From Callorhinchus milii (lineage: Eukaryota), in NCBI RefSeq assembly GCF_018977255.1, contig NW_024704743.1, positions 98,334,001 through 98,398,000 of the forward strand: 64,000 bases of DNA. The letters are read 5' to 3'. This document shows positions 51,857-64,000 of the stretch, piece after piece (position 1 is the stretch's first letter; every line of letters begins with the position of its first letter). The translations under genes and the position numbers were made by a program. Below the pieces are notes generated by a model. The model did no database searches and was not told where the DNA came from. It saw only the letters and a program-made list of their open reading frames with translations.

Positions 51857-52714
51857 CTGGGATCCTGAACAGCCAGATGGAACCTCAGTTTAACATTTTA
51901 TCCAAAGAATGGCACAACTAGCAAAGCATCACTCCCCCAGTACTACACTAGAATATCAGCCTGGATTATAAATTTAAAAGGTTCAACATTTTTATTGTAC
52001 ATCTTGACTCAAAGGGAAGGATTACCAACTGAGCTAAGCTGAAAATGCAATAGATCACTTTGGGGTTGACATTTGACAGTGGATGAGGGCAGGATTAGGC
52101 TTGGTTGTGGGGTCTTATAGTTGATAACTTGCTAACATTCACAGTCTGGGCTCATACATAAAGAATGACGGCTTAAGCAAGATTCCAGAGGATAATTTGT
52201 ATTGTGGAACCAGGCCCAGTAAAAAGTGAGCACCTTCATAAAAAGATGTGAGAAAAGGGAAAAAAAACATGAGGAAAAAGGGAGATATATACATTTTTTT
52301 GTAGGTTGTACAAATGTTATAATTCAGTAGATGCTTCACAGTAAAATACAAGGTAGTAATTCAACTAATGAACCATAAACTATGCAGGCAAAACTGAAAT
52401 GATTTATGACTATTGTGAGATTGAAGTATGGCTTTAAACTCACAACTAGACATTTGGTCATCCATTATACAGTGTGACAATGATTTCAAAAGAATAACAT
52501 TTAAGTTTTACTTTTTAAGGTTATCAAACAAATGTGCTCAGCGAGGAGGAATTGGTATAAATTATGTAAAACATGATGCTAATGTGGGGCTTAGAGCTTT
52601 TTTAAAATGAGCAACAGATTATTAAGTAATGCAATATTCTACCATTATGGATAGATTTGTGCTTTCATTAACCTGAATTGTAAAAATTGCTTAACATAAT
52701 TTTCTTAAACTTAC

Positions 52715-52839
52715 CAAACTAATCCCAACCCTTTAAGGAGAAACTGGTCTTCAATGCTTGGCTGCTCCATACCCATATAATGTGTGATGATGATCAATCC
52801 TACCACTGCTTGAAAAGGCTTCTCTTGTTTCCAGCTTTG
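52715..52839 (-). CDS. Candidate internal coding exon (125 nt, phase 0 to 2)
   Basis: Acceptor ttctacttcag| and donor TTG|gtaagt; the single open frame is QSWKQEKPFQAVVGLIIITHYMGMEQPSIEDQFLLKGLGLV. No homology recognised. Confidence 0.2.
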
Positions 52840-54529
52840 CTGAAGTAGAATATATGATGAAGGTGGAAATATAGCTTAGATTGTTGCACAAGGTAAACTT
52901 TGCTCTCTTTGCTTCAGATTTACTCTAACGTGTATTCACAAACTTTAAAGTACTATTACCAGGAACTGACTTAATTCTCAAAGGATGGTTCTGTTATTTC
53001 TCAGCAGAAACAGGACATAAAACATTAAGCAGATAATTTTCTTCAAATCCCTAAATATTCTGAAAACAAAACATGTGTTCTCTATCTCATCACACCTGTG
53101 CCCAACAAAAACAAATTTGTACAGTGCTCATTTATTATGATCTTATTTATACAATAAGGTTTTGATGGGAAATGATTGGTAACTCAGAGGGTTTTAATAA
53201 AATATAAAACCACTTGGTTCAAAAGAACTTGCAAAATATTTTTTGAGAGAGACAACAGTTACTGGCACCAAACATATTTTTGAGTTTATTTATGATTAGG
53301 GAAACTTTACTTTATAGTAGTTTGAAGTTGGTGATATTCTCTCTGCCGGAAAAAATTTTTTAACAGCTCACTTCAGGTTGCTATTAAATCAGGTGATGGA
53401 TACAGATGGGCCTTTCAAAACGGCAGTAGCCATCAATATATTATATAGGGTGGGTACACTATCAATGTATGTCTGCCTGGCTCAGTTGGTAGCACTCTTA
53501 CAACAACAACAAGATTATAGTGCCTTTCACATCGGGAGGACGTCTCAAGGCGCTGGGGTCAGAAGTTACCTTTGAATCAGATGTGGATTCAAGCCCCACG
53601 TTGGGACTTTGAGTTGTATGTCCAGGCTGATGCTCTAGTGCAAAGTGGTGGGTGCCTTGCTTTGTCAGAGTTGCCAAGTTCAGATGAGGCAGTATACCAA
53701 GGCCCCATCTGCATGTGCCGGTGGACATTAAATATTCCATGACACTACTCAAAGAGAAAAGGGAGTTTCTCCGGATGTCCTGGCTAACAAGCGCCAGATA
53801 AAATTGGTTACTCACTGCATGATTGTTTATGGGATTGCTCTGTGCAAATACAGTATTACCTTTGGGGTGATGAGTTGTCATAAGGTGCTGCTGAAGTTTA
53901 ACTGGCTAAAAATCACCAATTTTAACACTGAAAGGCAAGCTTCCCACTGCATTTCCAGATAGGACACCCTACCCATTATAGGCACTTAGATAATTAAACA
54001 CACAGTATATTATGAGAGCTCTAGGGCATAATGGCTGAAGGCACGGCCACCGATGGTGGAGCGGAGGGGGTGAGAGATGAACAGACCGGAGCAAGCCAAG
54101 CGGAGGCAGGGAGTGGGGGGTATAAGGGGATTATTGTTTCAAATAAGCAATATAAGTATGGAGATCTGCTTTAATTTTTTACATTTACTGGCTTGCCCAG
54201 ATCTGGATATTTCTGATTAGTTAGTAAACTTGTGCTATCACAGCAGTTGTCAACAATGTTATGCAATGACTCTTTATGGACCCAATAAACATGCAACCGT
54301 GATTAAAACTTAACATATTTAGCAATGTACTTTATTGATTTCCACAGTACAAATTCTGGTGTATTTGACTAATTAAAGTGACACCACTAGCTTATCTCTC
54401 TCTGTAAATAATAATTTTACTTAATATCACTTTCATTATTTCACTTAACCATAGCATAGAACCTGGAATAAATGGAATGCTCCACTCAACCATGTCTCAA
54501 ATAAAACAGAGCTCCATTCTCCTCTGATG

Positions 54530-55180
54530 GCTCTATTCATAAAGCCATTGCCTCTGAGTAAAACTGAACTGAAGATCTCAGATTTGATCTCATTTCTGTG
54601 CTGGGTTATCTCATCTTAGCCACATTAACAGCAATTATCTTAGTTGGCTTCGGTCCCCAAGAGAAATCAGCCAATGATCTCACTCCTGAATACTATGTAG
54701 TTACCGTAGAAATTTGGCTGAGAACAGGATCAAACTTGGTAAAGACTCAGCCAAATGACTTTCTTCATGTCTGAGCCCCAGGAGCCTATGTGATTGTGGT
54801 GGAGATCAGCACAGAATCAATCTTGTCTATACTACATGTGTACTTTCCATCAGGGATCTCAGAATACCAATTAGGAACAGGAATCCTGACCATTAGTTTT
54901 TCTTTCATAGCCCAAGAGCACCACATTCAACTAATGCTGCCCTAACTGAGGTCAATTAACTTAACACAGACCAGGATTTCATCTTACCACCTTGATCTGT
55001 ATGGGACAATGCTGAACCATCTGTCATTTTTAACAGGTAGGCCCTTGGGGAACTCAACACTCAATGCCTGAGCTCAGACAAGGAAAATGAGTAAGGTACC
55101 AGAAGCTGGTTAGCACCTGTGGATCCAAATGTTTGCATATGAGTGGAAGGGAGGAGGAAATTGAATATTGGAAATAAAAA
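54530..55180. mobile_element. Nested old SINE fragments resembling AmnSINE2 (related pieces at ~8650-9060 -, 41260-41530 -, 52070-52170 +, 59040-59290 -)
   Basis: tctgtgctgggttatctcatcttagcc..aaatcagcc..ctcctga..gagaacaggatc on +, an antisense copy at 54800-55050, and the same motifs recurring at the listed sites. The family name is from memory. Confidence 0.5.
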
Positions 55181-55763
55181 TAAAAATTGAATCATTTGTT
55201 CACAGTTCTAATAAGCAATTTGTTTCCTCTTCCTTGAAGAAAAATAAAGCTTTAATAAATTGAAAACACAATCGACAAATTAAAAATTGATATGGTACAG
55301 GAAAAAAATACAAAGACATTTGTTTGTTTATCCATTCAGCCAGCTTTCGGAAACTTTGAATATTACATTTTCATTATTGCTCCTGGACATTTTACATTAA
55401 TTTGCATGAGTAGGAGGATAAAATAAGACAGATCTGTAAAAATATTGTTTTTTAAAAAAAAATGTGCTCAGCTTTCTATATAAAAAAGTGTACAGGTTTC
55501 TACTAAAAAGTACGGAGCTTTCTACGATATCATGTTTCTACTTTACTATACTGGATTAGTTTTAAAATGCAACATTAGTCACAGACCAATCTAATTATCC
55601 TCTGTCCCCTATTCTGATCTAAACAAAGTAAGACTATTTTAATGAATTTCATATCCACAAAGTCCCCTGTAACAAAAACGAATATACATCCAGCATTGTC
55701 AAAACCTGCACTGGGTTGCTGAACCATACCTGGTGTCACAGGACCGTTAAGTAACTTTAGGGT

Positions 55764-55863
55764 CCAATTTATAGTATCTCTTGGTGCAATTCCTTAATAA
55801 GGAATCAAGAGTTGCTCTCTGAATCCTTATTAAAGAATCTTATTTAGAGATACTGCAAATGGG
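55764..55863. repeat. ~100-bp hairpin-forming inverted repeat
   Basis: agtatctct..attccttaataaggaatca pairs with tgaatccttattaaagaat..agagatact. Confidence 0.75.
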
Positions 55864-58800
55864 TACATCTTCCAGTAACTGGAGTATGTAACACTGACCT
55901 GTGGGAAGTCTCCTTCGATTCAATCTAGGAGCTCGTACAGGAGACAGAATTCTAACACGATTCCTTATTAACATAACTACAAATCAGATATCCTTGTACT
56001 TTAATAAAGTTAACCACTTTGGAGTGCACAAACAATCATACTCAGAGAAGAGTGGTGCTCTTAGAGCAGTTGAGGATCCTAACATTTAAAATGAGTTTAT
56101 CTGAAGGAGATCTACTATGTTAATCAAAAGGATGCAAATTAAATTTCTTCCAAGAAAGTTCCAATCCATTTGTTTTTTCTTGTTTTGTAAACCTGAATTA
56201 ACAGCATGAGAACCTGCCTAATTTGAGAGCTTCCTCAATGTTTACTGCTCTAAACGTGTCTTCAAAGAAACTGCTTAATTCACTTAGGTCACAAATTCAA
56301 AATCTCCAGCCAATAGTGATTCTGTATATCAGAATATGTTTTAAGATGCTGACACAATGATTGTGCAACCATATTCTTTACTGGCCACTTCGGCGCCACT
56401 CTCAGAAACTCATCACCATGCTTAAGAATAACTACATATTCATGGAGATATTCCTGTCTCTGGAATTAGCTTACCTAATTCTGGAAAGTATTGAGCATAG
56501 GTAATAATAATAATAACAATCCTTGTATTTGATAGAGTGCCTTATCACATCTTCCAGACATCTCAAAGCGCTTCATGGAATATACTGTAAAGTTACTGTA
56601 TATTTTGTAGGCGAATCGCGGCAGCCAATTGTGCACAGCAGTGTCCCACAAACAGTCGTGGATCTAGTGACCAAATTATTATGATTTTATTTATTTTTTA
56701 GAAGGGATTGTTTATTACCTAGAGCAGTGAGGTGGAGCAAGCGGCCTGGTTGAGAAAGGTGATCTCTCCATCACAACACACATGGTTACACAACGTGTTA
56801 CTACACACAAGGTAGCAACTGAGTGCGTTACAGAATGGTAGGCAGGAACATTAGGGTATTTCTAGGTTTAATCAGAAAGTTTCTGTTCCGTGTCCAGCAA
56901 GGAGCACCATACTATTTAAGAGTTTTGGTTTGCTGGATTATTTGGAGCTGGGTGAAAAGAATCCATGCCCCAGTGACAGGTCTACACCTCAAGTTGTTGG
57001 CTGATCAATCGGTCGGTGCCTTATGTACAGAAAGCTCTCTTGGCTCAGGAACTGGACGACTGAGATTGCCACAGAGGGTTGACTCGACTCTGATATTCTT
57101 TCCCATGCACCTCATCCTGAAGTCAGTTCAGTCTCAAAGATATCACACTTACAACCAGCCCCAAGGAGGATAGTTGGCTATTTAACATCTGACAAGCATA
57201 GATTTGAGCCCCGACCAGCTGGAGAAATAATAGGTACCAGAACTCTTTGTAATACCTCTTGGTGAGCAGCACATCTCAGATACACATGGAAAAGCAAAAT
57301 GCTCAGAGAAAATAAATCCTAAGGAAACTAAATTAAAGGCGAACATATTTCATTTTTTGGGTTTCAAAACAGGTCAAAAGAGACCAAGTAGACATTCAGA
57401 TAATTCAGCTATGAGCAGTTTTAACTCCATCAGAGAGTAAACATAACATGCAGGAAGGGATGCCAGTGGCAATTTGATGAACTAGGAAGTGGAAACTGGC
57501 ATCAATTTTTTTAAGAGTGCTTCCTTATAATATGAGGTCCAAGTACATGGCCCCAAACTACTGTATTGTAAACAGCGTTGCCAAGTATTATCTAAATTCC
57601 TCAGTTAAATTACAACTTCATTACAGTAAAGTGCTGTGTTTCCTCACAGCACCTATTCACATGAGGCTCCAATACAGAAGTTGACCTGAGACTGAGATAC
57701 AGTGCTAGCAAAAAAGATTCATGTGCAAAATTACTAGGACCATAATTTATCACGCAGTGCAATTGTGATCCAACAGGGTGAAAGTAAGTGTAGAATTAGA
57801 ACCTCAACTGTCACAGAAAGTCAGATGAAGTCAGAGAGAGAGGTAAGAAAATTAGTTGAACAGAGAGAGAAAGTTAGCTACGCAGAGAAAGAAACAGGGT
57901 GGGGGGAGAGAGAGGGCAATGCAAATTAAATGAGGATAAATATCTCCTCTGTAATCCCAATGAGCCACAGTTCAGAACACATAATCTATGTTGAACAATG
58001 TATATGATAACTCTGATATGAAATTTGAAATTTTGAAAAAAGGCAAAGGGACAGCAGGTAAACACAATGTCTTTTCACATCCAAATTTAAGCAGATTAGC
58101 TGAATGCAAGACTTTTTTCTCAACTCCTGAAAAGATCCTACTTAAAATGAGTTCGGCCAATTTCACCCAATCTCAGTTTTATACATACAGGTTTTATACA
58201 TACAATCTGAACATACAGATTGTTCAGTGAATAGGTTGGAATCTCCAGCATCAAAAGGACTAATTCAGTCCTAATTTAGAGAGCTACACAGTGACCAGTA
58301 AAACAAGGATGTTCTTCTGCTGTGTTGTAAGCATAATGTAGAGGGACTTTAGTTCTGAATTTAGATGTGTTATACTGCATCAGAGAGTGTTCCTTCTAAA
58401 GACAGGGGTTTTGAAAGTGGAAATGGATTGGTTCCCCAGCACTAACATTTTTCACTTTGAACGCACAAATTCACCAAAACATCAATTTACAATAAATAAA
58501 AACATAACAAGGTTTATTACAGGAAATATTTTCGACCTGTTCCCTGGGACATTATTCCTTGTAACAAATGAGGAAGCATTTAGCAAACCTTGAATTTCTA
58601 ACTCTTTTTCCTTCATCTCAAAAAACATTGCTTCAGAAAGCCCTTAGGGTTGATAATTTTGCATTTCAGTTCCTGTCTTTTTTTTTGCTTTCTTCCCTCT
58701 GTTGAAAGCACTGGCACGTATTGGTTTATCGTTTGAAAGGTCCTGAAAGCCCTTAAGTTACTAATACATTTTTCAATTTCCCTTGCTATTTTTTCATTGA

Positions 58801-61800
58801 TCCCCTATTTTTGTTCAGCCAGGTGTCTGACACACGCAGAAACCCATCACCACGTTTTAAGAATATCCAGACTAGCAGAGTTCCACGTGTGTATACAGTA
58901 CCATCTACACATGGAAAAGTCACTGTGTCTGGTATAGATTGCGCATTTTCTCCCTGAAGGATGCATTGCTTACCGGATCCCAGTGTAAATGTTTGTGTAC
59001 TGTTGCAGTTTAACTAGCCCAAACCACTTAGATAGCATTGTTTGCCCATCTCTCAAAACATTATCTCCTTTTGCTTTCTTCTGGGTTACAATTCCACAGC
59101 TGGTGGTCTCCAGTCTTTTTAAAATTCACATGACCAGTATTCACATATGACCCTTGTCAGTTAGTATTGGCAAATATTCATCTATTGGGGCATCACACCC
59201 AAAGCCTACACAAATGCACATACAGATACCTTGCATCAGGGGTTGCGGTAAAGTGATCAACTCCTAACAGCTGCTCTTTATGACCCAGTTACCATGGTGC
59301 TTTATTCCACTTGGCACATTCCTGGGCATTTAAATCTGCATTGTCTTCATTTAGCAAATCTTCACATTTGAGATAAAGAAGAAATATGTTTCATTTTTAT
59401 GGCAATAAAGTTAATCACTTTATAAGTTTTCACCACAAATATTAGGTGATTTTATAAGTTCTGCTGAGTACGTCGTTACTCAGAACATCACTAATATTTA
59501 CTGAATAGAGAGACCTGTATGAAAGAAGCAAAGATTGAAATCCATAGTAGGTGGTGCAAGAACACAACACAATTTACATTTATAGAGCATTCTTTCATGT
59601 TGGGAGAAATTGTCAAAGTGCTTTACATAGCAGAATGGAAGTCTGACAAGGGGAAACAGCATTCTGACTGAGCTGGTGTTTTTTCTCTGCCACAATTATT
59701 TGCCTGCTATATGGTGGGGTTACATTCGTGCATTGGGCTGATCAAAAAGTGGAAAAGATTCAGCCCATTTGGAGGCACCATTAGTTTGACTGATTCTATC
59801 TTCCACTGATGCTGGCCGTGGCCACTACTCCTGGTGGCTCAGTAACCAGTGAAGGTCTTTTTTTAACTCAGAAAACTGCAGGGATTTTTGCTCTGTAAGC
59901 TGACACTCATTGCATAGCCATGAGTGTCCTCAATACAAATCCAGCAGAAGACACCTACCTCCGTATTCACGATCAACTCCTGTGAAAGTGTTGAGCTTTA
60001 CCTCAACTAAATGATTGTTCACCGTTGCTCAAGTAAACACATGTGAATTTATTCATTCACTTTGTGTCTACTTATGGAAATCTTAATTGCTGAATAGTTT
60101 TATGGCTAGTATGATTTATTGCAAAATATTTATGTGCTATTTATTAATAGCGGTAACATACAAAGAACATAACCTATTTACGAATGCTTTTCATACGCAA
60201 AGACTACAAGGTACACAATATTGTCACTGATTGAGAAGCTGCAGTGTTTATAGTAATGATTTGATCCAAAAATACACTTTGTGCCCTCAAACTGCTCCCA
60301 AAATATAAGCACGGATGTTAAAACAAAAAACTGTGTGTGTTCTTCCAAGCCATAAATAATGTGTGACTGCTTAATTGTTTTAAAATCATTACACCTTTAA
60401 ACCAAAATGTAATATTGGTTACGTTTATCAGAATAGACTGTATTTTGAAGAGCCAGACTGTAATTTAAATAAATTGTCGAGGCTGTAGGGTTTTGAACAT
60501 TGTGATCGTTGTAAAAGTAAAAGCAAATGACAAGGTTCTTTTTATGTTCATTGGAGCTAAAATAGAGAAAGTCTTTTTCTGTGTTCATTTGTATAAACCA
60601 TCTTAGACACTCAATATGCAAAGCCCCTTCCCTGCCAGCCCTAAAAAAGTAGAACAAATAATATGGAACCGCTAAGCACAGGGTGATAATGGTGGCAGGC
60701 AAAGCAGCAAGTGCCTGCTGGCACTTTCACTGCACAGCCTTCCTCTTTCCAGATGGATTAATTTTTAACGACAAGTTGCTTTTCTTTTTCCAACAGGGGG
60801 AGAATGAGGAACGCATTCTAAAAATAGCCCAGCTTGTCGAAATCATTAACTATCACGCAGCCTGACATCAAAGACAATTTCATCGAGGTACACAGAAATT
60901 CAGTCAGAATAAGAATTACCTTGTGAGCGACTTGCTAAAACTAGAGCCACAGAGCAAAATCGAGGACAAAGAATACATGAAGCCAATAATCCTTGCATTT
61001 GATAAAGCTGGTAATAACCATCATTTAAAATCATAATGGCTGGCACAATTATTTTTCAAAGTGAAAATAAATCCCAACATTTTCCTCTTCTAATCATTCA
61101 GGAAGCAAGGGATTCTCGTTTCATTTTCTCCAGGTTTCTTGTTCAGAACATGTAGAATTATTCTCATCATGGCAGAGGAAACTTTAAGGTGTAAGTGACA
61201 ATAATCTCATTGCCATGTTCCACAACTGCTCCTCATCATGAATATAGTAGCTTTTCCAGCCATTCTAAATTTAGACTCCTGTGCTATAGTGCCTTGAAAA
61301 AAATATTCTCTTTAACCCATTCAGTTCTTTTAAACACAAACATTTACTATTTGGGCATATTTGGAAGAATAATAGTGGAATAATAATAGTTACAAATGTG
61401 ATTGTAACAGTTCGCAAATGTGTGTAGTCTAATGTTTGCAAAGCAATTTCAGGGCATCATTTAGATAATGATTTTTTAAATATATTTTTTGCAATGGAGT
61501 GAAAGTGTTAATATAGACCTTCAAGGATTTATCTGCCAATTCAGAGGTCTCTTTAGCTGGGGATTGAATGGGGAAGAAATCTGAACAATACCACAGAGAT
61601 CAGTCTTACATTGGGCAGTTGCCTACAGCAACCCAGCCAAGTTAGATCTTTGATAATGTAATCAGAATCCATACCTGCTTGATGCTCAACAAGCCTAGTT
61701 TGTAAGATTTTCTTTTTCAAGAAAGCTACATGAAAATGGATATAACGAACTTATAATTCCAATCTGCTTTCAATCATGCAGCTAAAAATAATCTTTGAGT

Positions 61801-63244
61801 TTGACAAATTTCTTCAAAATATTAGTGCTTGCTTTAAAACGGAACTGCCCTGTAACAATATTTGCTCATTAATAACTATATATTACACAATACAATTTAC
61901 ATTTATGTTGGCAGGATGTCTAGAAGTAAAGCAGGCCCTAATAATGAACAGTATTCCTCTCAACATCCATAATATAACATTGTTTAAATTTTCAGCAGAT
62001 TTATACAGAAATGGAAGGTTTGTGAGGTCTCTTTGCCTCCTGGGTCTCAATGATCAGAGCACAATGCAGTAGATTTGGGGGAGGGGGAAAGGGTGCTCAT
62101 TTCTTGGCTAAAATAAAAGGAAATCATCTTCTGAATGAATGGCAAGAGGACATTTCAGAGAATGGGCTCCTTGGATATGGAAAAAGCTTAATTGTTGGCT
62201 GTTCAGGTTCACACGTTTCATGCCAAGTTCTACTTCGTTGCAAGCAGAAGAAAGAGTGGGAGGCTGTTAATAGAAGTGCAGGATGATTGGAAGGAGGCCA
62301 ATTATCAGGATGTCCCAGAACAAACCTAATTTGTCATAAATATTAGATTGTGTCGAAATAGCTAACAATGGGAAATGAGCAGATAGAATGAAAGGAATCT
62401 GGATAGATTAGCTAGTTGGACAGCTGTAATTTAATGAAGATCAATGTAGATATTCTGAATATTGAATTGGGAGAAAAAATTAAGATGTAATTTTATTGAA
62501 CTTTTCCACACTCCAAAGGAGTTACGGTCTCGAGCTCCACAAGAGGAAAGTGAACAAATGTTAAAATGTTACTACAGTATTTTACTTAGAAATAGTTAAA
62601 TATCTGGATTTTGTCTGGGGAGAGAGTGGAGGCAACAGTGTTGACAATTTTGAGGGAATGTGTGATGGCACTGGCGATTAGAGGCAGAATAATAGAAAGC
62701 AAAAATATTTAGAAAATAAGACTAACAGTCCTAATGGTCCTTTCAGTCTTCGTTTGGAGAACTGAATACATTGTTTTGATTTTGTAGATCTGTTATCTCA
62801 GGTCCCGCTGCTGTGTTGCAATTTAACATTATAACCTTATTCAGAGATGAATTCAACCTTACTTAAATTGATACCAGCTCCACAAAATATTTATGACAAG
62901 ACTTTTTATTTGTTAGCAAACACACAACATGATGCAAATTACATCATAAAAAATGTTGTATAGCTTCCATGTGATATCTGCGGGTTAGAAACAGCCTGTA
63001 ACTAAAACCTTTCCAAAAACCTTAACAAATATTTTTCATAAAGACAGTCCCGTACTGAAAGAGAGTAAAATCATATCTCTTTTAAATGAAAAGATGCATT
63101 TGTCAGCATTCAGAGCAATATTTCCCTATATTTGAAGAAATCCAGTATGTAAATACACCCACCCACCTGCCCAAAACAAACTGCTAGTTTTTTTTGAGGG
63201 GGAGGGAGAGAGAACATCACCTTGATGGCTGCAAAGCATTAAGC

Positions 63245-63490
63245 ACATAAGAAATTGTAGGCGAGAAAAAGACCAAGGTCCATCTAGTTTGCTTTCCACC
63301 TTCCTGGCTTTTGTAAATCTCCCACCTTCCTGGGGATCACATGCACATATGTCCTGAACTAACTATGTACTATAATGTTATTTCCTAAAATAAAACTATC
63401 AAATCTGTGTTTAATGGAATCAACATTTCCTGCTTTAACCGTCTCCCTAGGGAGCCTGTTCCATAGGTTTACTATTCGTTCCAGTCTTAT
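63245..63490 (-). mobile_element. CR1-clade LINE 3' fragment (second family)
   Basis: Minus-strand RIVNLWNRLPRETVKAGNVDSIKHRFD is a typical CR1 ORF2 C-terminus. Its 3' UTR matches 11526-11648. Confidence 0.8.
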
Positions 63491-64000
63491 TTTCTTAATT
63501 GTATCCACAATGAAATTATTGCAGATCTAAATTCAAAGATTCCCAAAAGGATCTCCATACATCTTTGTAAAACCCCACAAGGATGTTAATCTTAATTTTG
63601 ACTTCTGGAGTATGTTTTCAGAACTCAGCAGGCGATTGACATCCAGGTGAGGTGGATCAGATGTATAAAGATATGCTTTTGTGAATCTCACCATATAAAT
63701 TCCAATGTGCATCAATGATTCCGGTGTGGAGTTGCCTTCTACAATTTTCCCATTAATGTTGACTCATGATATTACTGAACATGAATCAAAATATTAGCAT
63801 CTTAAGCATTCCTTCATACAATTAACATAATTGCAACTATTTTTAATACATCAAAATAGGGCCTTATCACAGAATCGGTGCCTCTGGCGAGCTCCAGGAC
63901 ATTTTATATCCTCTTAGGTATTTGTTCTTTTTCATGTCTAATTTCATGTCTTGGTCTCTGTGTACTTCGTTAATTTACTTACCCTTTTGTTACTGAACAA

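Noticed and set aside
56823..57173. 116-aa ORF or possible solo LTR
   Set aside because: No protein similarity recognised, and no TG..CA ends, target-site duplication or second copy visible.

Overview
AT-rich vertebrate genomic DNA, intronic or intergenic and dense in retroelements. The repeat complement is L2 LINEs with (GTT)n tails, CR1 LINE 3' ends, a tRNA-headed SINE with an L2-type tail ending in (ATT)n, and DeuSINE/SacSINE1-like, AmnSINE2-like and LF-SINE-like elements. This points to a cartilaginous fish, probably a chimaera (inference from recalled consensus sequences, not a search). The only clearly protein-like sequences are transposon-derived: a young 5'-truncated L2 reverse transcriptase (49.65-51.50 kb), other L2 and CR1 fragments, a decayed RTE-type RT (~33 kb) and a decayed hAT-like transposase (~2.6-3.4 kb). 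I cannot recognise any host gene, although several minus-strand segments have plausible splice sites and compatible phases. There are no bacterial-type systems, CRISPR arrays, rRNA or true tRNA genes. I found no well-supported new biological system. The best leads are a frameshift shared by the two youngest L2 copies, compensatory base changes in the SINE/L2 3' stem-loop, several long palindromes including a fold-back duplication, a possible enhancer-like element at ~60.7 kb, and the tentative exon chain. Repeat boundaries are approximate.
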